From Candidatus Zambryskiibacteriota bacterium (GTDB taxonomy: Bacteria; Patescibacteriota; Minisyncoccia; Phycocordibacterales; WO2-35-19): a stretch of DNA of 64,000 bases. Both the position numbers and the translations under genes were made by a program. Positions 12,801 to 21,613 of this stretch are shown here, in pieces. A model generated the notes under the pieces. That model made no database searches, had not been told where the DNA came from, and worked only from the letters and a program-made list of their open reading frames with translations. How positions within the stretch are numbered: position 1 is the first letter of the stretch; every line of letters starts with the position of its first letter. Where the stretch lies: assembly GCA_048499675.1 (NCBI GenBank), contig JASNZL010000001.1, positions 58,747 through 122,746 of the forward strand, in the 5' to 3' direction.

Positions 12801-15419
12801 GACTAGCAAATCTTGATTTTCATCCAACACAGAAACCCCTCCTCCGGAGTCGATAATTGTTCCACCAGACCAATTAATATTTGTATGATTTAAATCATAA
12901 CCTTCCAAGGCGTCAAATATACCATTTGATAGAATATTAAAATCAGTAGTATTCAATGACCCACTTAAGTAAACACTCGCAGAATTTGAAATAGTAAAAG
13001 AATCGAGATTTGTTATTTCTACTGGTACTGGAGTTAATCCAACTAAATATTCTACATTAGTTCCTAAATTATTATTACCAATAATAAGTTGCCCATAATT
13101 TTGTTCTGAAGACTTTTTATATACTGTTCCGGCTCCAGCAAATCTCTTTATTGAATTTGGGACCCTATAACCCCCTCCATTTGCGGTCATGTTTACAGTC
13201 GAACTATCATTTTCATAATAAACAGCAATTCTTCCTCCACCGCCACCAACATAAGGATTAGCTCCACCACCGTTTGCTGAAATTGTTCCCGAACCAGATA
13301 TACCACCCGTTCTAATATAAACTGAGCCACCAGAACCAGAACCTGGATTCCACGACAGATCAACGGGTTCACTGTTACTTCCATTAGCAGATATTGTACC
13401 GCTTATAGTGGTTGTGCCGACAACATTCATAATGATCGCACCACCACCCCAAAGACCTGTACTCGCGGCACCGGCTCCATTTATAGCCCTACCTCCTCCC
13501 GAACCTAAATCTGTCGGAGCCGTGGTCGAACCATATATATTCCCAAGTGTTTCTGGTGTTCCCACACCAAGAGATCCAAAACCACCATGTGATGCCCCAG
13601 TGCCAGTTGTACCACTAATAGATGGAGGAGAACCTGTTCCAGCGGTTGCATGATATCCTCTGGAGTTTGCATTTATAGATCCCAAAATTGTTGCGTCACC
13701 TCCCACCTCCAAATTAATTCTACCTAAAATTGTATTTGTGCTCGTTGAGTGGGTAATAGATGCATTTGTATAAATTATTAAGCTATTGTTTATACTCAGT
13801 GCACCATTTTCATATGCGTCATAATTAAAATTTAATACTGAAGTATCTGTACCACCAACATTTCCAATAGTTAAAGAGTTAATAGTTGTTGCGGAATTAA
13901 TATTTACAAAAATATTACTTGCAATTACAACATCGTCGTCCACCCCCGGAACCAAATCATTACTCCAATTTAATGCATCATTCCAATTACTTGTTCCGGC
14001 GCCACCATCCCACGACACTGCTGAGTTATATGCATTTACAACTTCGCCTCCAAATTCAAATATTAAATGATGTTTTCCGGTAGTGTTTATTTCGTGTGAG
14101 ATAATGGCCACATCATCACAGCTCCAACTAGGGTAAAAGATTGCGTCATCAACCAAAACTTGCACCAAAGCAGTCATATCTTCCTCGCCACAAAATATAG
14201 ATTTGAAATCCATATCATCAATCGTCTCTTGGTCAGCTGGTTTAATATACAAATCTGAAACACCATTTGTAACAAAAGATACTTTCCACTCCTGACCCGC
14301 TATAGGGTGTGAATGGACATTTAAAACTGATATTTCAAATGTGGGATCAACAACAACTGGATAAACTGAATTAGATAACCAATCAGTATCTGGAATAAGC
14401 CTGAGAGTATTCCCATTAATTTCAAAAAATATTTCTTCGCTAACTGCTCCAGTAGAATCAAACATAAGTGGAGCTGTTATTGAGAAAATTTTGAACAAGG
14501 GATTATTTGATTTTCCTTTTTTATATAAATCTATCTGATTTTTTGAAATCTGAACAAAATCATAATCGTCCATATTTAACTCATATTCAAAAAAATCAGG
14601 ATGCCCAGAACCTTCAAGTAGAATAGACTCTTTAATCCCCTTATCTGTAAATTCATAAAGAAGATCTGTTTTATCAAAAACATTTTTGTATCTTACCTTG
14701 TCTCCTTCTATAACTCTTTGTGAAGTTGTCGCCACATTGAGTATGCGCATAGTTATCCCTGAGCCAGATATCCTATTATTGGAATAGATCAATATTGGAT
14801 CTTTGAGTTCAATTGGCAGTTCAGATTTAAAAATATCATTCTCTTTTGTAATAACACTTTCAATCTCTAGATCGTTCTCTATTTCAATATCAACTATTTT
14901 TTTGTTTACAATAATCAAGGCGTCATCTTCTTCAGAAGAATCGCTCGGAGTACTATCGTTGTCACTAGACAAATTATTCGCAATTACCTCATCATTTTGT
15001 TTATAAGTTTGACTATCTTCTGATGTAACATTTGTTTTGGTATCGACACTATCACTATCTTCTTGGTTTAAAGATTCATCAAAATCATTTTCATTAGAAT
15101 CTATTTCTTGATACTCGTTTGCAGTATCTAGGTCGTTAAATTCATCAACTTGTTGAACTTCGAAATCCTTCACAGCATCAAGATTCAATTCATCCATAAG
15201 CTCACCTTCGGTATCAGAATTATTAGCCTCTATTTCAGTCGTATTATTATCTAAAATTATTTCATTAAATTCATTAGAATCATGATTCACCTCTTCGACT
15301 GAAGCAACATCTAAATCAACGATAGAAGCAAATGCGACTAAACTCTGGTTTGTTAAAAAAACAAAACCTAATACAAATGAAAAAAATCTGTTAAATTTTT
15401 TTACTGAGTAGAAATACAT
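6837..15419 (-). CDS. Giant secreted surface protein (2860 aa). It contains acidic low-complexity sequence, Gly-rich beta-helix repeats, fibronectin-III-like repeats, a discoidin (F5/8 type C) domain, a PA14 domain, C-terminal TM segments and carboxypeptidase-regulatory-like beta-sandwich domains.
   Basis: N-terminal signal peptide (FVFLTNQSLVAFASI). D/E/N/S-rich region. Repeated GSGSGGSVY(L/I)RT...ANGGG beta-helix-like units. LTPNT.Y.YKI FN3-like repeats. Discoidin-like block KWFSNAGAPYDLEYGF...TDIEFKS. PA14-like block GKAYYFGAVWKS...FYIDGKLITDNSG...FEIYFAERH. Hydrophobic C-terminal segments. Confidence 0.7.
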   Translation of the reverse strand: MYFYSVKKFNRFFSFVLGFVFLTNQSLVAFASIVDLDVASVEEVNHDSNEFNEIILDNNTTEIEANNSDTEGELMDELNLDAVKDFEVQQVDEFNDLDTANEYQEIDSNENDFDESLNQEDSDSVDTKTNVTSEDSQTYKQNDEVIANNLSSDNDSTPSDSSEEDDALIIVNKKIVDIEIENDLEIESVITKENDIFKSELPIELKDPILIYSNNRISGSGITMRILNVATTSQRVIEGDKVRYKNVFDKTDLLYEFTDKGIKESILLEGSGHPDFFEYELNMDDYDFVQISKNQIDLYKKGKSNNPLFKIFSITAPLMFDSTGAVSEEIFFEINGNTLRLIPDTDWLSNSVYPVVVDPTFEISVLNVHSHPIAGQEWKVSFVTNGVSDLYIKPADQETIDDMDFKSIFCGEEDMTALVQVLVDDAIFYPSWSCDDVAIISHEINTTGKHHLIFEFGGEVVNAYNSAVSWDGGAGTSNWNDALNWSNDLVPGVDDDVVIASNIFVNINSATTINSLTIGNVGGTDTSVLNFNYDAYENGALSINNSLIIYTNASITHSTSTNTILGRINLEVGGDATILGSINANSRGYHATAGTGSPPSISGTTGTGASHGGFGSLGVGTPETLGNIYGSTTAPTDLGSGGGRAINGAGAASTGLWGGGAIIMNVVGTTTISGTISANGSNSEPVDLSWNPGSGSGGSVYIRTGGISGSGTISANGGGANPYVGGGGGRIAVYYENDSSTVNMTANGGGYRVPNSIKRFAGAGTVYKKSSEQNYGQLIIGNNNLGTNVEYLVGLTPVPVEITNLDSFTISNSASVYLSGSLNTTDFNILSNGIFDALEGYDLNHTNINWSGGTIIDSGGGVSVLDENQDLLVPTSSRLIFNEASNLNQSLRSYNNLTVNGILTHGYNTHATTGTESLIKLNWTINGDLTVNSGGSINVDAKGYPVGNGPGTPPTNSGTTGSGASYGGVGALGAGLPETPGSTYGSSTAPTDLGSGGGYTCSGGTPNDRVGLWGGGAIILNITGTTTINGSISSNGSTEEVIDLCWNPGSGSGGSVYLRTDGLVGTGSITANGAGSAAKRGGGGGRIAIYANNAVSNPSRTAGGGITGNVLNNGTDGTVLPTIYPSVTTDSISDNYTGTSATANSTITNIGYYSINNHGVVWATWNNPNFPNVNLIDNIVSGTPYGSKNSALVPNAFDSSTSTKWFSNAGAPYDLEYGFPYNVVVNRYVIVGSEIITESPRDWQFQAWDGVDWINLQTITSQTGWAIRESRTYNLVNETPYEKYRILISANNGSTYTALTDIEFKSTNENFSQSGFINEIGPYSESMSGLSPNTTYYVRAFLSTNDGIIYGDNVSFATGEENSAPSSPSSLGPNIYVTNSWASSSAPTLNFTLSDPDLLEQVKYRIQIDNDSNYSSPVVDYTSGLLNQGANNFIVGQPESTGLYTIGNEGQTLSESTSYYWRVQTIDEVGATSSFTLANSGSIAFKLDLTEPIPGTVNFTSINPTSISMNTAGSSDSLSGIGLYRYYNLTTGQIATSTGLTWSNTGLTPNTLYNYKIDVLDNAFNSSTTPESSRYTRANIPTNINTEVLSQSEILVSWDANSNPIGTEYYVENLTSEFNSGWITSTSTTISGLSCGVSYSFHVKARNAENIETSYSGAVSPDASPCNQAPNNPYNLGFSEYQSGGWVNNNKPTLRFILDDPDASDLLVYRLQVSTDSLFTDLVVDYTSASGSQGIRTFTVGQTEGSGNYIMGSAGQSLVDSGDGYYWRVKSIDPSLEESAWVSANSGNIAFKLDTIAPIPGTLSVLSTTTSSVTLTFSGGDDLDSGLATNPYNFQNTTNYSNSGNINNTTWTNYGLSEGTYNFKIRVFDKANNYTDITLAESVYVSGDGSESGSGPEDPWEGAVTEGFALLINQNESLVSTRNVTLQLTGQTGTTHMRISNFSDFSGSVLEPYNTTKNWDICDGIDPCVNGTYNVYAIFYNNASSSGIVSDSIYYQVLDSLNPGNLSIDEVGTSTITVSISGSSDSQYGLAVSPYNFQNITNSTNSGNTNSATWTSSNLTPNTKYDFYTTVTNTNGDSGITPFVSTYTEANVPTGLTLETVTQNSVSLFWNANNNPSLTDYEIYDSLSNQSFGWFGTTSANILNLACDTDYELSARARNGLGVLTLYSSSVAFKTNTCPIETNNESGISGSSQSGSGAYRNQDHEFCVANPNNPSCALYNIDLVAQTDPVWNHSNALQNKELESWTVEDHCEVSTNSFGWFGKYYDYPKNHPNVQVAPKLWDSVWKNIFGDPLSSKSAWQGDWYDDKYFRFAKTSPNLKFGSAFFPFNYIPEKLISGKAYYFGAVWKSKVEVLKPGLYSFRITSDDDSWFYIDGKLITDNSGIHAPRSMYGTVYLSSEHLFEIYFAERHTTESHFYFVMTPEDQLIFRPYNLGCTIVEEETSGSDTVPVEDDITNITEIASPEDKIDHPDVTDEKPVLKDESPKVVIPPINTEIITDLTDSITQNINNVGGKIVDLIEGVKRIILVVDFENFVSKFASLKQNLMDFYNQKSKLFAVSIFGLAPIILSLQYSLSLFSGLGRIKSIKDFLFGIIGLIQSFIRFFVVRKKVKIYGLVFDTINTKPVAFVMIKIVDASTSKALSYEITNSKGEFSFEKYNKDVCIEVNKKGYTIEQNYNSISHEENEYYYNGSVFNPNQINNNTLIKIPLLNNYYLEEGVLVNKSSTHLKYLRGILEILFWTGFVSTFIFFIFSINILSGTLLVFYIALAVLKKYVPSIFAGCKVVSKGKSAVGLYVEVYPISNEGMLVGKSLTDRFGRFYIKVPEGNYVVKIKKIEGNSIQNIKNKNIYVGENGIIDGTIEIP

Positions 15420-15834
15420 TGAATATATTTTATCACAAAAATATATTTATTAGTTATATTTTCAAACACTTTTATTAAAATATGAATATCAAAAAACACT
15501 TCCGATTAACTACAAACAATCAGATAAATTCAGAAAAGTAGTCCAACAAACACCACACCAATAATTCATTTGTAATCTATGAACAGATAGACAAACTGTC
15601 TACATAAATTAAGATATCCTAAAATTTATTATACGCATTATATAGGCTAAAATTAATATAAACACCAATCAACAAATAAATACTAAAAAGTATTAATTTA
15701 CTATCGCAGAATGAGATATTATTAATATTATAAAACATTATAAAAGGTTATATAAGTACAATAATAATTATATGGATTTATATAAAAACCACACCCCGCA
15801 ATCCTAGGACGGCGGGGGTTATTATTAGACCATA

Positions 15835-16020
15835 TCAGGAAGGATTGCTATCATCTTTCCTTTTCTTGGGCCTGTGCATTAGAGCAGTAAGTCCAAGGTT
15901 GCTTATGAGAAAAAGTAGGACGATTCCAATAGTTATCCAAAAATTGTTCACCATCACGACTTCCCCTTCTTTTTTAATTATATCATACTTATAAAAATTT
16001 AAACAAAAATTAACAAACAT
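15835..16020 (-). CDS. Small predicted membrane protein (hypothetical).
   Basis: 61-aa ORF with one hydrophobic helix (WITIGIVLLFLISNLGLTAL). Followed on the minus strand by a CCCCGC...GCGGGG hairpin and a T-run (terminator). Confidence 0.25.
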   Translation of the reverse strand: MFVNFCLNFYKYDIIKKEGEVVMVNNFWITIGIVLLFLISNLGLTALMHRPKKRKDDSNPS

Positions 16021-16323
16021 GACTATCTACTGAGAATCTTTCTTATCCACACCGAAATAAATTTTTTTAATGACTTATACTTCTTTTCTTACACTAAGCG
16101 AGCAGTCGCATCACTTCGGTATTAAGAAAAAACACCAGCCAAAGCTGGGTTTTATTTTGCACACCGGGAGGGATTAGGTCACAGATAAATTTTTTGTCGT
16201 CACAAAAAATTTTCCGCGACCCCGACTCGCGGCCGAGCGTGCTCGCTCGGCATCCGCTCCGTCTTTCTCACCCTCCGGAGGTAGCAAATGAAAAATAGTG
16301 GGAAACCCCACTATTTTTCATTT

Positions 16324-16407
16324 GTGCGCCGGGAGGGATTCGAACCCCCGTAGGCCGAAGCCGTCAGATTTACAGTCTGATGTAATTGACCACTCTACCA
16401 CCGACGC
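16324..16407 (-). tRNA. tRNA-Tyr (anticodon GTA) with a long variable arm.
   Basis: Reverse complement reads GCGTCGGTGGTAGAGTGG...CAGACTGTAAATCTG...GGGGGTTCGAATCCCTCCCGGCGCA. Cloverleaf with a 7-bp acceptor stem, anticodon loop CTGTAAA and a type-II variable arm. Confidence 0.8.
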
Positions 16408-16416
16408 ATACTCATA

Positions 16417-16656
16417 TCATTCTAATAATTTTTTGAAAGCATTTCCACCTTTATAGCTTTTCTTTTCTTTCTCCCTCTTGAAAGCTGTCGAACTATTGGG
16501 ATATAACTCCTTGTAAACTATTTCATATGGTATAAATTTGCAAGTTGATTTATTATATCCTGAATTGTGTTCTTTAATCCTTCTTTCCAAATTATTCGTA
16601 CACCCTATGTAGAATTTGTTTTTAACCCTGCTTTTAATAACGTAAACATTCCACAT
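16417..16656 (-). CDS. GIY-YIG nuclease family protein (small stand-alone GIY-YIG domain, ~79 aa from the internal Met).
   Basis: YVIKSRVKNKFYIGCTNNLERRIKEHNSG matches the GIY-YIG motif. The longer ORF (16417..16767) would read through a tRNA-derived repeat, so the start MWNVYV at 16656 is preferred. Confidence 0.6.
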   Translation of the reverse strand: MWNVYVIKSRVKNKFYIGCTNNLERRIKEHNSGYNKSTCKFIPYEIVYKELYPNSSTAFKREKEKKSYKGGNAFKKLLE

Positions 16657-16788
16657 TGTTTTTATTTTTGGTGTAATTGACTTTACCCCGCCGTGGCGGG
16701 GAGTACCCCGCCGTGGCGGGGCAAGCTCTACCACCGACGCATATCGTTTGCTAAAACATTCTAGCAAACAATATTATATTTTTCCAAC

Positions 16789-19530
16789 CTATTTTACATC
16801 CACACTATCCAGAATTGACGCTTCGATTATTGCACCTCTTTTACCTTTTTTAAATTCAAACACAAGGTCATTATCTTTGACATCTACTGAAACTATACCA
16901 CCTCTCATAATTTGTTTTGATATAATCAAAGATGCAATAGGATTTAAAATTTTATTTTGTATAACTCTCTTTAGAGGTCTTGCTCCGTACTGCGGATTAT
17001 ATCCTTCTTTGGTCAAGAACTCATATGCGCTTTCTGTCAGTTCAAGTGAAATTTCTTTTAGAGACAACCTCTCTCTTACAAAATCAATTTGTATTTTTAC
17101 AATATCTCTTATTGCATCCATAGGCAAAACGTCAAATATAATTATGTCGTCCAACCTGTTTAGAAATTCAGGTCTGAAATGATCCTTGAGTGCTTCCATA
17201 ACCTTATCTTTTACTTCTTCGTAGCTTCCCTCTTCGTTATTTCTTTCCCCAAATCCAAGCTTTTCCATCTTGTCTATATACTGAGCGCCAATATTTGAAG
17301 TCATGACAATAATACTGTTTTTGAAATTAACCGTTCTTCCTTTTGAATCAGTAAGTCTGCCATTATCCAAAACTTGAAGCAATACATTAAACACTTCCGG
17401 ATGAGCTTTTTCTATTTCGTCAAAAAGAATTATTGAGTATGGTCTATGTCTAACCATATCAGTGAGTCCTCCCCCCTCATCAAATCCAACATAACCAGGA
17501 GGTGCACCAATTAGTTTTGAAACAGCATGTTTTTCCATAAATTCTGACATATCAACTCTAATCAATGCGTTTTCATCATTGAACATAAATTCAGCTAGTG
17601 CTTTAGTAAGTTCAGTTTTACCAACGCCAGTAGGTCCCAAGAAAATGAATGAGCCAATTGGTTTATTTGGATCAGAAATCCCAGCTCGAGATCTTTTTAT
17701 TGTATCGGCAATTTTTTTAACAGCATTGTCCTGACCAACAACTCTTTTTGTTAGTTCTTCTTCCATTCTGTTTAGTTTTTCTGCCTCCTCCTCAAGCATT
17801 CGAAAGACAGGAATACCGGTCCATTTTGATACTATGTTTGCTATATCATTTTCAGTTATTTCTTCTTTAAGAATCCTTCTTGAGCTCTGAAGTTTTTTAA
17901 GTCTTTTTATATTTTGATCAAGTACTTTTTCAAGTGTTGGAATTTTACCATACCTTACCTCTGCAGCCTTACCTAAATCAACTTGAGCTTCGGCAGATTC
18001 TGCTTCTAGTCGAGCTTCCTCAAGTTCTTTTTTTATTCTCTTTATTTCCCCAACTGTTTCTTTTTCATTTTTCCATTTCAAGTCTATTTCTGCAGTCTTT
18101 TCTTTAAGGTCTGCAATTTCCTTCTCTATTTCTTGAAGTCTTTTCTTGGCTTTTGTGTTTTTACCTTCCGCTTCTTTTTTTAGCGCTTCTCTTTCTATTT
18201 CAAGTTTAACAATTTTAGAATTTGTCTCTTGCAAAATAGGTGGCATATTTTCCAAAGAAATCTTTAGATGACTCGCCGCCTCATCTATCAAATCAACCGC
18301 TTTGTCTGGCAAAAATCTATCTGCTATATATCTAGAAGAAAGATTAACCGCAGATTTTATAGCATCGTCAGTGATATGCACCCCATGGTAAAGTTCATAC
18401 TTTTCTTTTAAACCTCGAAGAATTGTAACCGCATCATCAATAGAAGGCTCTGACACAAAAACTGGTTGAAATCTTCTTGTTAAAGCTGGGTCCTTTTCAA
18501 TATGCTTCTGGTACTCTTTTATTGTGGTTGCGCCAATAGCTCTCAAATCCCCTCTTGCAAGAGGAGGTTTCAACATATTAGAAGCATCGAGTGAACCTTC
18601 TGCGCTACCGGCTCCAACTATTGTGTGAATCTCGTCAATAAAGAGAATTATTTTACCATCTGATTTTTCTATCTCCTTAATTATGTTTTTTAACCTTTCT
18701 TCAAACTCTCCTCTATATTTTGTTCCTGCAACTAAAAGTCCCAAGTCAAGAGAAACTATTTCTTTATCCTTGAGTGACTCTGGAATATTTCCTGAAACCA
18801 TTCTCATTGCCAAACCTTCTGCAATAGCAGTCTTTCCAACACCCGCCTCTCCTATTAATATAGGATTATTTTTTGTTCGTCTTGCCAAGATTTGTACTAT
18901 ACGAGAAATCTCCTCATCTCTACCAATTACAGGGTCAAGCTTGTTATCTCTCGCCAGTTTTGTAAGTGAACGCGTGAACTTAATTAAATTTTTATTTTTT
19001 GTAACTGGTTTTCCTTCAGTCATTCTTCCTTGTCTTATTTCCTGAATCAAAAACATTACTTTTTCTTTTTCTATTTTGAATTTATTCAAAATATCCCTAG
19101 CTTGACTTGGAAGCTCTAAACAAGCAATGAATAGGTGCTCCGTGGAGACAAATTCATCACTCATATTACTTGCAACTTTTGATGAATGTTCAATTATGTG
19201 AGCAAGCTCAGGTGTTAGATATATTTGGTATGAAGGTGTCGCTGTATTGCCCATTACCCCACCTTCCATGGCATCAAGTAGAGAATCGGTTAGCAAAATT
19301 GTATCAACTTCCATCCTGTCTAAAATAGAAACCACCATACTTTCTTCTTGTAGAATAAGAGCAGTCAAAAGATGTACTGGAGCAACATGGTTTTGACCAC
19401 GTTCAATAACCAGCTCATGAGCCTTTCTAATTACCTCCTTTGCTTTTGTTGTAAATTGATTAAATGGTGTCATACTCAAATAGAATTTGACTATGTTATT
19501 ACATAACAGATTCCGTAGTAATATAGCCAA
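16789..19530 (-). CDS. clpB: ATP-dependent chaperone ClpB.
   Basis: Two AAA+ modules ([13 protein letters not shown] and [15 protein letters not shown]) separated by a long coiled-coil middle domain. N-terminal Clp_N repeats. Confidence 0.85.
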   Translation of the reverse strand: MAILLRNLLCNNIVKFYLSMTPFNQFTTKAKEVIRKAHELVIERGQNHVAPVHLLTALILQEESMVVSILDRMEVDTILLTDSLLDAMEGGVMGNTATPSYQIYLTPELAHIIEHSSKVASNMSDEFVSTEHLFIACLELPSQARDILNKFKIEKEKVMFLIQEIRQGRMTEGKPVTKNKNLIKFTRSLTKLARDNKLDPVIGRDEEISRIVQILARRTKNNPILIGEAGVGKTAIAEGLAMRMVSGNIPESLKDKEIVSLDLGLLVAGTKYRGEFEERLKNIIKEIEKSDGKIILFIDEIHTIVGAGSAEGSLDASNMLKPPLARGDLRAIGATTIKEYQKHIEKDPALTRRFQPVFVSEPSIDDAVTILRGLKEKYELYHGVHITDDAIKSAVNLSSRYIADRFLPDKAVDLIDEAASHLKISLENMPPILQETNSKIVKLEIEREALKKEAEGKNTKAKKRLQEIEKEIADLKEKTAEIDLKWKNEKETVGEIKRIKKELEEARLEAESAEAQVDLGKAAEVRYGKIPTLEKVLDQNIKRLKKLQSSRRILKEEITENDIANIVSKWTGIPVFRMLEEEAEKLNRMEEELTKRVVGQDNAVKKIADTIKRSRAGISDPNKPIGSFIFLGPTGVGKTELTKALAEFMFNDENALIRVDMSEFMEKHAVSKLIGAPPGYVGFDEGGGLTDMVRHRPYSIILFDEIEKAHPEVFNVLLQVLDNGRLTDSKGRTVNFKNSIIVMTSNIGAQYIDKMEKLGFGERNNEEGSYEEVKDKVMEALKDHFRPEFLNRLDDIIIFDVLPMDAIRDIVKIQIDFVRERLSLKEISLELTESAYEFLTKEGYNPQYGARPLKRVIQNKILNPIASLIISKQIMRGGIVSVDVKDNDLVFEFKKGKRGAIIEASILDSVDVK

Positions 19531-19588
19531 AATTCACTACGGGATTTTAGATTATTATTATAGCAGAATTTTGTCCAAAATCAAAATT

Positions 19589-20254
19589 TTATTGTTGTGA
19601 AATTTGAAATATTATTTTCTTAATATCCGGATAATTTCCTTCAAAAATTTCCGATATCTTCTCTGCATTTTCTGGGTCTCTTTGTAGCCTTTGGTTCTCG
19701 GGGAAAAATTTATTCATAATCAAATCTACCAATCTTTCCTTTACCCAATGAGCAATATTATATTCCTTTATCAAGGGTTCAATCGTTAAATGCACTATTT
19801 CGTGCGCAAGAATTAGATAAGACTCTTTTTTATGATCAATATTTAATTGAATATTGTTTGGTGAACCATAACTACCACCCGTTCCATACTGAGTAATTAA
19901 AACAGAATACTTACTTTGTAGTGGCAAACCAAGAATTTTCAAATCTTCGAAAAATTTTTCTTTTATTTCATTCCATTTTTCTCTTAAAAGTTTTATTTTT
20001 TTATTTACGTCACCGGAGCCAAATTCGGATGAAACAGCATTTGATATATCTTCCTTTGAAATTTCTTCACCCTTATCCAGTTTTTCTTGAATCAATTCAG
20101 GGAATTTCAATTTATAACCTTTTTCTTGGTACCACTCGTATTTTTTTAATGTCATTTCTATTCGCTCAATTTCATCCTCAATTGAATAATCAAAAATTAC
20201 TTCAATTTCCGGCTCCGATTCCTGAGAGTTATGATTTTGAATTGAGTATTCCAT
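19589..20254 (-). CDS. Hypothetical protein with an HExxH motif (possible zinc metallopeptidase-like).
   Basis: 221 aa. LILAHEIVHLTIEP contains HEIVH. No other recognisable domain. Confidence 0.25.
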   Translation of the reverse strand: MEYSIQNHNSQESEPEIEVIFDYSIEDEIERIEMTLKKYEWYQEKGYKLKFPELIQEKLDKGEEISKEDISNAVSSEFGSGDVNKKIKLLREKWNEIKEKFFEDLKILGLPLQSKYSVLITQYGTGGSYGSPNNIQLNIDHKKESYLILAHEIVHLTIEPLIKEYNIAHWVKERLVDLIMNKFFPENQRLQRDPENAEKISEIFEGNYPDIKKIIFQISQQ

Positions 20255-20344
20255 ACATAAAGTTTAATTAAAATTTTGGCAAATGAAAAGACCGCATCCT
20301 CGTAGGTCGCGGTCTGGGGTGGGAGGTCTCTCGTTTTTAATTTT

Positions 20345-20380
20345 CGGTTTTGTGTTTTGTGTTTTGTGTTTTGTGTTTTG
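20345..20380. repeat. Heptanucleotide tandem repeat (TTTTGTG)x5.
   Basis: Direct reading: gttttgtgttttgtgttttgtgttttgtgttttc. Lies ~90 bp upstream of the start of the minus-strand gene 19589..20254. Confidence 0.8.
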
Positions 20381-20443
20381 TGTTTTCTTTTGCTGAGACC
20401 GCCCAAATAACTGACTACTATAAGTATATCAAATCCACATGAT

Positions 20444-20553
20444 TTGTCAACCCCGTTAGAGATTTTGTTTAGGCGTGTGTCAGAAAAACGTTATCTATAG
20501 GCATATTTACGAAGTCTCGCAAAAACGAAAGAATGTAAATCTCTAACGGGGTC
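20444..20553. mobile_element. ~110-bp MITE-like element with 15-bp terminal inverted repeats (copy A).
   Basis: tttgtcaaCCCCGTTAGAGATTT ... AAATCTCTAACGGGGtc. ~85% identical to a second copy at 60149..60256. Confidence 0.6.
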
Positions 20554-20588
20554 AAAATATACTTTATAGTACTAACAATTATAAAATA

Positions 20589-21407
20589 CTACTTCGCTAA
20601 CTCCTCATTAGCTTTTACCAAAGATGATTTTATAGTATTTGCAGGTGAATATGAAAACCTTGTTTCTCCTTCTGATACAGGAGCCTCATACCCCACAACC
20701 TCACCTGAAAGATTAAGTATAGTACTCCCCGGTGTTACTCTTCCAACAATAATGTCAGAATTTATATTTGTAATAGTTTTTTTATCGTCTGATAAATCCA
20801 ACTGTCTAATTCTCCCAATTGTTACTGAATTTGATTCTCTACCACTAATAGAAACGATTGTTTGGCCTATTTTTAGATTATCTGAATTACCAAAGACTGC
20901 AGGACTAAAAACTGGTTTTGGAGTAACAGATTGAGGTACCGATATTTTCATAAAAACTAATCCGTTTTGACTATCAACATATATCTTACCAACAGGAAGG
21001 CTTGCGCCGTCATACATTTGAATTGAGTATGAAAGATTTGAGTTATAGCTTCTCGAGTCCGTTACAACTATTCCATCATTAGAAACTATTAGTCCAAGTC
21101 CCGAAACAACCATCGATCCATCCGCTCCAGTAGTTTTCAACCTAACTATTGACCTCTCATTTTTACTTATAGCATCAATCACTCTGTCTTCTTCGTTAAC
21201 AACCACAGTTGTAACCACTCTTTCTGGTTGTCCTGGTTCTGTAACAACCGTTTCTATTGTTTTTTCAACTACTCTGTTTATTGTTTGAGTAACTTCAACA
21301 GGCGCCTCCGAAAGAAGGGTGAAAGTGATTATACCTGTCCCAATTGATGTAACAAAAGTGATAAGTAGAACCAAGAGAATTAATTGTTGTTTTGTTAGAT
21401 CTTCCAT
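20589..21407 (-). CDS. Trypsin-like (HtrA/S1C-like) serine protease domain protein with an N-terminal membrane anchor. Possibly degenerate.
   Basis: N-terminal TM helix. GNSDNLKIGQTIVSIS and TPGSTILNLSGEVVG resemble the HtrA substrate-binding and oxyanion regions, but the catalytic GNSGGP motif is not intact. Confidence 0.4.
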   Translation of the reverse strand: MEDLTKQQLILLVLLITFVTSIGTGIITFTLLSEAPVEVTQTINRVVEKTIETVVTEPGQPERVVTTVVVNEEDRVIDAISKNERSIVRLKTTGADGSMVVSGLGLIVSNDGIVVTDSRSYNSNLSYSIQMYDGASLPVGKIYVDSQNGLVFMKISVPQSVTPKPVFSPAVFGNSDNLKIGQTIVSISGRESNSVTIGRIRQLDLSDDKKTITNINSDIIVGRVTPGSTILNLSGEVVGYEAPVSEGETRFSYSPANTIKSSLVKANEELAK

Positions 21408-21613
21408 CGATTTAGTTAAAAAGTTTATAAAGGCGCAAGTTAAAAAGTATTAAAAAATCAAAATGAAAAATTAGAATAAATGATTCTTAAACATTCTTAC
21501 TTATTAATAATATCACTCTGTTTATATATTGCAAAAGCTTTCCTATGCCATTTTCTACTACGAGATCCATCCAGTAGTGAATTTTGATATCACGCTTCGT
21601 GATAAAAAACAAT

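Noticed and set aside
16417-16767. 116-aa version of the GIY-YIG ORF.
   Set aside because: The N-terminal 37 codons are a translation of the tandem CCCCGCCGTGGCGGGG hairpins and the duplicated tRNA fragment (ELAPPRRGTPRHGG). The conserved GIY-YIG domain starts at the internal Met.
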